64,000 bases of DNA from positions 50,718,001 through 50,782,000 of the forward strand of contig NC_045697.1 of assembly GCF_009834535.1 (NCBI RefSeq), in the 5' to 3' direction. Position numbers and translations under genes: made by a program. The notes below the pieces were generated by a model. That model searched no databases. It was not told where the DNA came from and saw only the letters and a list, made by a program, of their open reading frames with translations. The DNA is from Camelus ferus (taxonomy: Eukaryota). Positions 15,181 to 26,567 of this stretch are shown here, one piece after another (the first letter of the stretch is position 1; each line of letters begins with the position of its first letter).

Positions 15181-15662
15181 CTCAGCTCTGTATCTATCTC
15201 CTAATTTAGAAACAATCCTTAGAAAAAGAAAGAATCAAATATCAAGTAAGATTGTTTGCCCACTTTCCGTGGAGAGTAGGACTTAGTAGGAATTGAGTAG
15301 AACCACAGAAGCGTAGGGACAATTTCTTGTATACCTGTGATGATAGACTGAAATTTTCATTCATTTCATCATAAATTGTGTTACTGAATTGATATTTTGA
15401 TTGAAAATTAAGCCAACGCTAATAAATGATGTGCATTCCTTCAGACATTACCCACATTCCCTTAGCTGCTCCACAGAACCCAGGTCCTGTCTTTCTCTGC
15501 CTGTGTGTACATGTGTTACATGTCAGGTAACATGTGGAAGGAGTGAGGCTCTGCAGCAGCCAGCAGTTGTGTTTTCATGTGGAATCCTCCTTTGGGGAAA
15601 TTTATTTTCCTTCACTCTTCCTTTACTTGATTTCATCTGACTGTAGTACCAGTGAATTCTGT

Positions 15663-16277
15663 CTTTTTTTTTTTTTTAAGGTTTGTGAGTTTTATTTTAT
15701 TTTTTTAACAATTTTTATTGATTTATAATCATTTTACAATGTTGTGTCAAATTCCAGTGTAGAGCATAATTTTTCAGTTACACATGAACATATATATATT
15801 CATTGTCACATTTTTTTCTCTGTGAGCTACCATAAGATCTTGTATATATTTCCCTGTGCTACACAGTACAATCTTGTTTATCTACTCTACATTTTGAAAT
15901 CCCAGTCTATCCCTTCCCACCCCCTGCCCCCTTGGCAACCACAAGTTTGTATTCTATGTCTGAGTCTGTTTCTGTTTTGTATTTATGGTTTGTTTTTTTT
16001 TTTTCAGATTCCTCATATGAGCAATCTCATATGGTATTTTTATTTCTCTTTCTGGCTTACTCCACTTAGAATGACATTCTCCAGGAACATCCATGTTGCT
16101 ACAAATGGCATTATGTTGTCAGTTTTTATGGTTGAATAGTATTCCACGGTATAAACCCTACTCCAAAATGACACCTGCACCCCAATGTTCATAGCAGCAC
16201 TATTTACAATAGCCAAGACATGGAAACAGTCTAAATGTCCATCAACAGATGATTGGATAAAGAAGATGTGGTATATT
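15663..16277 (-). mobile_element. Young L1 3' end, 5'-truncated with a 5' inversion
   Basis: Poly-T, then L1 3' UTR and ORF2 end on minus to ~16153, then a plus-strand ORF2 piece ([18 protein letters not shown]..) at ~16154-16277. Confidence 0.9.
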
Positions 16278-16980
16278 CTGTATAACTCTTAAAGGGTCAA
16301 CTACAAGATTTTTTTGTGTTTTTTTTTTCTTTTTTGAGTCAAAGATTTGATATGGAATTTATTCATATTTTGGAGCTGCACACAAAAATTCTCTTATTGC
16401 ATGTTTGTTGTTAAACACTTCCTCGTACACTACACAAACCAAGCCAAGAATTAAATAGTTAGCAGAAGAAAAATATCTTTCTAACTGTAAAGAAGCTGTG
16501 TAAAAGATTGAGGAAAGTATTGAATGAAGAGTGAGGACAAGGAGAGTCTGGGTCTGCACTGACCAACGTGGTAGTCATCATCCACAGGGGTATTTACATT
16601 TAAATTTAAACTAAACATTTAAAGCTCAGTTCCTCAGTCTCACTAGCCACTAGCACATTTTAGGTGCTCAACAGTCATGTGTGTCTAGAGGTTGCTGAAT
16701 AAGATACTTTTAAACTCTTAAAAATTATTGAGGTCCCTAAAGAGTTTTCTTTAAAATATGAATTATAACCATTGATAATTACTATATTAGAAGTTAAAAC
16801 AGAAGTATTAAAATAACAACTCATATTTCATTAGCCATCCCAGAGCAATGACATCATCACACATCACATATTCTTTGGAAACTTGCACCACACATGCAGA
16901 AAGAGTCAGGGATAGGGAAAGGTTAACAACATTTTAATGTTGTGAAACGTTCTGACCTCTCAGACAGCCTGGAATTGTCT

Positions 16981-17984
16981 TTTTTTTTTTTTTTTAACAT
17001 TTTTTATTGATTTATAATCATTTTACAATGTTGTGTCAAATTCCAGTGTAGAGCACAATTTTTCAGTTATACATGAACATACATATATTCATTGTCACAT
17101 TTTTTTCTCTGTGAGCTACCATAAGATCTTGTATATATTTCCCTGTGCTATACAGTATAATCTTGTTTATCTATTCTACATTTTGAAATCCCGGTCTGTC
17201 CCTTCCCACCCCCCACCCCCTTGGCAACCACAAGTTTACATTCTATGTCTATGAGTCTATTTCTGTTTTGTATTTATTCTTTGTGTTGTTTTTTTTTTTT
17301 TTCAGATTCCACATATGAGCAATCCCATATGGTATTTTTATTTCTCTTTCTGGCTTACTTCACTTAGAATGACATTCTCCAGGAGCATCCATGTTGCTGC
17401 AAATGGCGTTATGTTGTCGGTTTTTATGGCTGAGTAGTATTCCATTGTATAAATATACCACCTCTTCTTTATCCAGTCATCCGTCAATGGACATTTAGGC
17501 TGTCTCCATGTCTTGGCTATTGTAAATAGTGCTGCTATGAACATTGGGATGCAGGTGTCATCCTGAAGTAGGGTTCCTCCTGAATATATGCCCAGGAGCG
17601 GGATTCCTGGGTCATACGATAAGTCTATTCCTAGACTTTTGAGGAATCTCCATACTGTTTTCCACAGTGGCTGCACCAACTGCATTCCCACCAGCAGTGC
17701 AGGAGGGTTCCATTTTCTCCACAGCCTCTCCAGCATTTGTCATTTGTGGACTTTTGAGTGATGGCCGTTCTGACTGGTGTGAGGTGATACCTCATTGTAG
17801 TTTTGATTTGCATTTCTCTGATAATTAGTGATATTGAGCATTTTTTCATGTGCCTGTTGATCATTTGTATGTCTTCCTTGGAGAATTGCTTGTTTAGGTC
17901 ATCTGCCCATTTTTGGATTGGGTTGTTTGTTTTTTTCTTATTAAGTCATATGAGCTGCTTATATATTCTCGAGATCAAGCCTTT
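16981..17984 (-). mobile_element. Young L1, 5'-truncated (~1.0 kb)
   Basis: Poly-T tail; ORF2 C-terminus (ORFs 17338-17736 and 17631-17864: [41 protein letters not shown]); TTGTCTTT on both sides as candidate TSD. Confidence 0.95.
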
Positions 17985-20900
17985 GTTGTCTTTACAAAAC
18001 CTATGCTGATCTCCCAGAAATCTAAACAGGTGATCTGATTATCTCCAGGCTAATTTTAAGACCATGTTTTAAAAAGACCAGAAAGTCCTAGGTCATCCTT
18101 GGCTTTAGGGAGCTCAAGTTTATCCCTCAGTTCCTGATGAATATTCTTCCAACAGAAGTCTTTGCATAATATATGACCTCTCATTAAGCTTCTATCTGGC
18201 TCAGACCTTACACCATATTTTTCTTAACAGAATAAATATACACATCTCCCCTTCCAGAGTAGTCATTAACCTACCTGTGGCTTACCCTCAGTATTTTCCT
18301 TTTTTCTTTTCATTTACTAGTGGTTGGACATGCATCTTTAGATTGTCAGGAAACTGGTGTTTAGATTTAATATGATATTGTCTTTATTTACAAACTTATA
18401 ACCTTACAGTCAACTTGACTTGCCTCCAGTCATCTCCTAGAAATCAGAATGCTTTGCTCAAATGTGCAGGACTGTCTAAGTCCATTATCTCTGAGCATTC
18501 ACTTTAGAATGTAAAATTGATGCTTTATAATGTATAATATTCCTACCTACATAACCTCTTCCTTTGAAGTTCTCAGGAGGGTGATGCATTAATTTTGGAA
18601 CATTTGAATATGAAATCTGTAATAGTTGTTTTATATGATATTATTCTCCCTGTCCTCAATCTTTCTACTATAGTATCAGAATCAATATTTGACTAACATT
18701 TATTTCAGTTATGTAAGACCCATGAAGAGTTCTGCAAGAAGAAAGAGATAAAAACATTAGCACTTCTTACAAATAGCAATCAAAATTACTCTCTAAAAAT
18801 AGTTGCTTATTTGAAAGGCGATGTTTATTGGCAGCTATTAGCATAGGTAATTGCATCTTTAAATGAGTGTCATTTTGTATTACTGAAGAGTAAAAGTCTA
18901 AAGGAAATTACGGGCTTTTCAAACTATTCCATGTCCCTGTTGGAATATAAAAACACATTTCTGAACAACCACAGTATTTCCATATCCCAATAAAATGATG
19001 ACTCAGAAGGTGAAATACTCCAGGCCATAAACTACTTACATATGAATGTTTTAAAATTATGTTAAAGTCTTATTTTAAAAACATTCATATAATTAAGAAA
19101 ATACATGTACTGTGTAGGCTTCTACTTGGAATTGTTGTGTAACATAACACGGCTCGGGAGCAGGAAAAGGGAAAATCTTCCAACCCACAAAGTGTCTCAT
19201 TAGCATGCCTTGAGAATAATTCAAAATCCTGGATATTAGCAGGACTATGATTATTCTCAACACCATAATGCAACACTTAACAAGTTCACCATGAAGAGAT
19301 AAGCTCCAATTTTTAATTGCATGCTTGGTGCTAAATCCACACTGCAAACAAAAGAGAGATCAACACAAGTTAGTCAGCTGGCAAACAATCTCAACTTTCT
19401 AATGAAAGGACCAGGAAGAGCTCAATGGGTTGCAAAGATGATGGCCTTGGGAGCCTGCAGAAGATCATTAGAGACCAACTCTATTGTCCTTGACAGCTTC
19501 CTGTTTAGATGAGATGTTGGTACTGACTTAAAGAAATAGAGGTCAGAGGGAATAGAATCCTGTGGCTCAGACTCAGAACTAGGAGGTAAGAATCAGAAAA
19601 CCTGGAGTCGAATCCTACCCTTAACGATGACATATGTATTTGGACAAGTTGCTTTAACTTTTGTTTCTCAGTAGCAAGTGTTAACTATGAGGGAAATTAT
19701 ATTATAATAACAAGTACTAACCATGAGAAAAATTACAAAGCAAACCATACAGGTAAAGTTCTTCATCCGAAGAAGATGTGGGAATAGAAGTAAGTCACTG
19801 TTCAGTTTGCAGCTCATGTCATCTTTTAAGTGTGTGCATGTTTTAATATTAATATTTACAGTTTTTTTGAAATAATGGAAAAATAGTTGCTATATTCTAG
19901 CTTATAACAGTTGAAATCATTCTAAAAATTCGGCCAACTGGTAGAGGCATTAATAGAAATTAAAGCCTCATAAAGATACATTGCATCTCTTAGATTATTC
20001 ATTTCCCAAAAGGAGAAAAATACAGACTCATTTTGTTAACCATATGGTGACAGATTTTTGGAACCATGGTAAAGGAACTAGTCAGTCTTTTTCAAAGCCC
20101 TTTTTAACATTTATCTCTAATCATTAGTGAAATTTCTTAATAAAGAAAGTATCCTGGCTTGGAGCCCAAGTGGTCAGGGAACACGGTGGAAAGGGAACAG
20201 GGTATTCTAGGGATAGACAGATGAGAGCTTGGAAGACTTACAAATTCACTGAATTTGTCTTGATTATCTATGACCAAAAACTTGATCTTGGATAAGAAAA
20301 CTAGAAAATAAAATGGGATAAGATGAGGAATTTATTTCAATTTAAATCCAAACAGGTTAAGTAAGATAGAAACCCCATTTTGTCATGAGATATTATAGTG
20401 GTGAGTTCCTTGAAAACTTCTGCATTATACAGCTTACCAAAGAAGCATGTTATCCTTGATAGAAGGAGTCCTTTCACGTGAAGCATAGTAATTAATTGTT
20501 ATTATAATGTGAGAGAGAAAAATAGACCTATATTAATAGATCTCCCAGGATCTAGTAAATCAGTACATGGAAAACTATACTGAAAAGGAAAGACCCATCT
20601 TTTTGCTTGAAGGAGAAATAAGGTAGTCAAATACTAGGCTGCAGGCCCAGGTTTGCATTTTGTGTCATCAGTTTACAACATATAAATGGGTTGTTTCCTA
20701 AAAAATTTAACCCAGTTGGTTTGTTAGTATTTGAAATGTTTTTTCTCTAGAAATAATGTTCTGAATGATAAATTACTTCACAGAATAATCCCTGTCCTGA
20801 CACACCCTCAACACACACACATACACACACACAAATCCATATTTTTTCTAATCCCAAATGCAAGGCAATACGCTGTAGCATAGGTTTTGGTGATAGAACA

Positions 20901-21817
20901 TGGTAATAACCCAGTGGTCATGGGCTACATTAGTGACCTTAGGAAACATGCTTAATTTCTATTAATTCCGTTTTACTCATTTGAAGATGGAAATAATAAC
21001 ATCCTTATAGGTTGGTTGGTTGTGAATCATAAGTAAGGCAAGGTAAGCAGAAGTTCTTTTTACACTGTGATATCCTACAAAATGTTCATTATTAACATGT
21101 TCTGGTACTCGAAGGTTTAGCTTCTCTTTGGAGTAGATTGTCCTCTGTAAACCAGGTCAATAATGAAGTGCTATTTATGAGTCTCTACAGAAGAAAGCAC
21201 ATTGTGTGTCAAGAAGGGGCTGCAGTAGATCAAGACATGTGGTGCCCCCAGCTGCCGTGCTGACAGCCAGCCATCCAGCCAACTGAAATATTTCTTCACT
21301 GCGTCCCCTCCCTTTCCCGGCTGGAGAGAGAGCTGTTTCCCAGAAAGCAACATGTATCTAGTCTCGTTCCTCTGGTGGGCCCCTGTCCTGTGTTTACTGT
21401 ATTATCCCCCCTTTTGTCATAACTGCCTTGCCTCTATTCTCTAGTTATTTCATGCATATGAGATTTGTTTCTTTTATTAAATTCTAAACTGTTGGGAGAC
21501 AGACCCATATTTTGGACCTGTAGACTCAAGAGTACCTAGTGCAACTCCAGGCACAAAAATCAGCCCTTGACAAATGCTAAGTAGAGAACAGGAGGGCACG
21601 TTCCAAGTAAAGATGATGCTGTCATAAAGCTAGAAGGTGAAAATAGCCTTGTTGCCTCCAAGGGGTATTATCTAGATTATAATGAAAGAAAGGCAGTAAG
21701 ATCCACATGGAGGAGCAGAAATGACTACATAAAAGATCTGTGAGCAATGGCCAAGCCTGAAGATACTTAAGAAACAAATCACTTGATAAAAATATTTAAT
21801 AAAAGTAGTTACTCAAG

Positions 21818-21968
21818 GGAGAGGGGAGAGCTCACTGGTAGAGTGTGTGCATGTGCATGAAGTCTTGGGTTCAATCTCCAATACCTCCATTAAAAAATAA
21901 TTAATTAATTTTTAAAAACCTAATTACCTTCCACTCTTCCCCCCAAAACCCAAAAAGCAATAGTTTTT
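21818..21968 (+). mobile_element. tRNA-derived SINE (vic-1-like)
   Basis: A box (agctcactggtagag), B box (gggttcaatctcc), A-rich tail; TSD AAAAGTA(G/A)TTA(C/T)TCAAG at 21801-21817 and 21969-21985. Confidence 0.85.
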
Positions 21969-22254
21969 AAAAGTAATTATTCAAGAAACAGACAAGTTCC
22001 ATATATCAGAAGTTGAGAAAAATAATTTTTTAATGGGAAAGAAGATAGAATCTAGTAAGAAAAGAAGTTATTTTTAGGAGAGTAATTTTAGGTTAATTCT
22101 ATACTGAGTAAATCTAAGGAATTACATCGTTCTGGCTGCAAGGTAGATGTCTGACTCATCTTGTCATTGGTACCACCTATAGTAGATAGATAATGACCTC
22201 TGCTTTCTTTGTTTTGAGCTGTGTTGACTTATCTAAAAACTTGAATCACAATTA

Positions 22255-22490
22255 CAATAGTTAATATTTTTGAATATGTATTTTGTGCCAAGACTCTTTC
22301 ACTTGCTTTGCAGGGATGATGATATTTGATCACTGCATTAATGTAATGATTTAGGAACCATTGAGGAAACTGCAGCTCAGAAATTTTAAAGACCTTCCCA
22401 AGGCTGTACTGCTCACAAGCAGTGGAGCCAGGGTTTGAACTCAACAATCACTGTTCCTAAACAAGCTTTCTCAACCACTATGCCATAACA
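22255..22490 (-). mobile_element. MIR (one of about ten; others near 1120-1280, 2200-2330, 6300-6480, 19580-19760, 20900-21090, 23000-23210, 60440-60640)
   Basis: MIR core tgaggaaactgcagctcagaaa..ttcccaagg..agtggagccagggtttgaactca. Confidence 0.65.
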
Positions 22491-24545
22491 CTTTCTAAAT
22501 ATGAAGAGACCTTATTTATTTAGATGATGTAATTCTGTGTTTTGATGTGAAAAAAAAATCACCTCCCACTAAATTAATGTATATCCTACCCTTTGCCCCA
22601 GACCCATTATAGTCATCCCTTATACTTTCAACTCCCAACTGCCCTGTCTGTTGGCACTTCCTTGTTTCCTTATTTTCCATGCTTTATCCAGTTGAAAACA
22701 TTGCACAGTGGCTCACCTGCCCATTGGTGGTCTGTGGCTAATTTTGGTTATGTGTCAGTGGGAGACAGACAGCAAGAGATCTGGCAAGAGAAGGGGTTGG
22801 GTTGGTTTCATTCTATTTTTGTTCTTCTCTGAAACCCATAACTCATGATCCAAAACAGTGCCTAGTCTTCTGCCTGGCTTCTCATTAAGACTGTCTTTGA
22901 GGCTAGACATACCCATGCTGAGGTCAGGTGAGTGACTTTTCATCTCTCACAGCAAATGTGAAAGGGAGCCCAAAAAAGACAGGGGATGCAACTTCTACTA
23001 GGTGCTTACTGTGCACCAGTCTAGCTACTCTGTGTAAATTTTTTCCTATGATCTTCACAACAGCCTTTTGAGATGGGAAGTATTCTTGCAGGAAGAAACA
23101 GGGTGGTCCTAGTTTTAGAAAAATGCCCACATTCCTACTGCTTTAAATGACAGGAACAAGTATTCATTTCAGGTTTACCTGATCCCAAAGCCTGTGCTCT
23201 TTGCACTATGTCAGTTGCATCCCAAAGGCTGGGAGTTATTAATGAGTATTACAAACCCATCTGACATCAATAGCATATGAGCTTAAGGGATTATCGCATT
23301 TAACCCTCAACAACATATAGAGAAGGTGTTAATATTATCATTATTCCACTTCGCTAAGAAGAAATAGGCTTAGAAAGATTCAGTAACTCAGTCAATCAAA
23401 AGTTTATATACTTTAAAGCATATTCCTCTATGCTTATATATCTCTTGGGAGTTTGGTTTGCAAGAATCAGGTGCACAAAATCCAGACTGTTCTAGGATTT
23501 CTAGAATTGAGATCCAGGTCCTAGTGAATAATGATGACCATACCAAGGCAGGTCAGTTCAATGATAGCCTGCCTAAGATCCAGCTGACCTTCCCAGATAA
23601 GTGCAACTTTCAGGTCATCTATTTCAAGTTCTTCCTAGATGTCCATCTCCCTTTCCTTCCTGCTGGCTGGAAACGATGTTGGTGGAGCAATGGCAGAAGT
23701 CACAGTGGAGAATGACAGAGCTGCCCTTCTAGCCTGGATCCACAGGTGACTTTACAAAGCAGAGCCTGGCTACCAACCCGGGACTGATAAGTGAAAGAGA
23801 AATGAACTTGTGTCTTGTTTAGCAATTGAATTTTAGTCTATTTAGTAACCATTACTCCCAATTAACGTGCCCCAGAGCACCTCTCTACCAGTAGTTAATT
23901 CTACCAGTAGTTCAGATCGTAGCATGAAGTCTTTCTGAGCCTCTCAACCTAACTGGTTTTCATTTATATATCCTACTTATAACTCAGCTCTTTTCTCTTA
24001 GAAACCTCAGCACCAGCTAGAAGTCTTACTTGTGTGGCTGTTTGTCTCTCTCCCTCACTAGCTATAAGCAACATGAGCACAGGGACCACACCTGCTTATT
24101 CATCAGCACCAATGCACTGCCCAGCACATAGTTGGCTCCCAATAAAAATTTGTTATGAAATACAGTTAACAGTAATAATTTGGGCCATAACTGCCACTTA
24201 CTGAATATTTACAATTTTCAGGAGTTGTGCTAAGTGTTTAACACGCATTATCTTATTTAATCCTCTCAACAACATGTAGAGAAGTCACTAATAGCATTGT
24301 TCTTCCATGTTACTTGGAAGAACAAAAAACCAGATTTACAGGGATTTAGTAACTCATACAGTGTCATGCAATTCAAAGCTTATATTGTCAAGTTGAGACT
24401 CTTCTCTGGGGAGTATGATTAGCAAGAGTGAGGTGCACAGTATCCAGGCAAATTCTACTAATTGAGAAATCCAGGATTTCTGTTAACTGGGATCTCGATG
24501 CTAGTGAATGATGACCAGAACATTCCTTTGAATTCTGTATAGTTC

Positions 24546-26567
24546 TTTTTTTCTTTTTTTTAAACATTTTTTATTGATTTATAATCATTTTACAATTTTT
24601 CAGTTATACATGAACATACATATATTCATTGTCAACATTTTTTTCTCTGTGAGCTACCATAAGATCTTGTATATATTTCCCTGTGCTATACAGTATAATC
24701 TTGTTTATCTATTCTACAATTTTAAATCCCAGTCTATCCCTTCCCACCCCCTGCCCCCTTGGCAACCACAAGTTTGTATTCTATGTCTATGAGTCTATTT
24801 CTATTTTGTATTTATGCTTTGTGGTTTTTTTTAGATTCCACATATGAGTGATCTCATATGGTATTTTTATTTCTCTTTCTGGCTTACTTCACTTAGAATG
24901 ACATTCTCCAGGAGCATCCATGTTGCTGCAAATGGCGTTATGTTGTCGGTTTTTATGGCTGAGTAGTATTCCATTGTATAAATATACCACCTCTTCTTTA
25001 TCCAGTCATCCGTCAATGGACATTTAGGCTGTCTCCATGTCTTGGCTATTGTAAATAGTGCTGCTATGAACATTGGGATGCAGGTGTCATCCTGAAGTAG
25101 GGTTCCTCCTGAATATATGCCCAGGAGCGGGATTCCTGGGTCATACGATAAGTCTATTCCTAGACTTTTGAGGAATCTCCATACTGTTTTCCACAGTGGC
25201 TGCACCAAACTGCATTCCCACCAGCAGTGCAGGAGGGTTCCATTTTCTCCACAGCCTCTCCAGCATTTGTCATTTGTGGACTTTTGAGTGATGGCCGTTC
25301 TGACTGGTGTGAGGTGATACCTCATTGTAGTTTTGATTTCCATTTCTCTGATAATTAGTGATATTGAGCATTTTTTCATGTGCCTATTGATTATTTGTAT
25401 GTCTTCCTTGGAGAATTGCTTGTTTAGGTCGTCTGCCCATTTTTGGATTGGATTGTTTGTTTTTCTTTTATTAAGTCATATGAGCTGCTTATATATTCTG
25501 GAGATCAAGCCTTTGTCAGTTTCATTTGCAAAAATTTTCTCCCATTCTATAGGTTGTCATTTTGTTTTACTTCTGGTTTCCTTTGCTGTGCAGAAGCTTG
25601 TAAGTTTAATTAGATCCCATTTGTTTATTCTTGCTTTTATTTCTATTGCTTGGGTAGACTGTCCTAGGAGAACATTTTTGAGATGTATGTCAGATAATGT
25701 TTTGCCTATATTTTCTTCTAGGAGGTTTATTGTATCTTGTCTTATGTTTAACTCTTTCCAAATTGGAAATGAAGAGGTAAAAGTGTCACTATATACAGAT
25801 GACATGATAATATATATAGAAAACCCTAAAAGGTCCACAGAAAAAATACTAGAAATAATCAAATAATCCAGCAAGGTAACAGGTTACAAGATTAACGTTC
25901 AAAAATCAGTTGCATTTCTTTACAGTAATGATGAATCAACAGAAACAGAAAGTTAAGAAACAATCCCCTTTAAAACAGCACCCAAAGTAATAATCTAACC
26001 AAGGAGGTGAAAGACTTATACATGGAAAACTATAAAATACTGATGAAGGAAATTAAAGAAGACTTAAAAAAATGCAGATATCCCATGCTCTGGATTGGAA
26101 GAATCAATATTGTTAAAATGGTCATACTGCCCAAGGCAATCTACAGATTTAATGCAATCCCTATTAAATTACCCAGGACATATTTCACAGAACTAGAACA
26201 AATAATAATAAAATTTATATGGAACCACAAAAGACCTAGAATTGCCAAAGCATGACTGAAGAAAAAGAAGGATGCTGGAGGAATAACTGTCCCAGACTTC
26301 AGACAATACTACAGAGCTACAGTCATCAAGACAGCATGGTATTGGTACCAAAACAGACATATGGACCAATGGAACAGAATAGAGAGCCCAGAAATGAACC
26401 CACAAACTTTTGGTCAACTAATCTTCAACAAAGGAGTCAAGAATATACAATGGAATAAAGACAGTCTCTTCAGCAAATGGTGTTGGGAAAACTGGACAGC
26501 AGCATGTAAAGCAATGAAGCTAGAACACTCCCTTACACCATACACAAAAATCAACTCAAAATGGACT
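24546..26567 (-). mobile_element. Young L1 (~2 kb) with twin-priming 5' inversion
   Basis: Minus-strand 3' UTR and ORF2 C-terminus at 24546-~25755. Plus-strand ORF2 RT region at ~25757-26567 ([55 protein letters not shown]). Confidence 0.95.

Noticed and set aside
25333..25866. Longest ORF (177 aa) as a host gene
   Set aside because: Entirely L1-derived, spanning the inversion junction.
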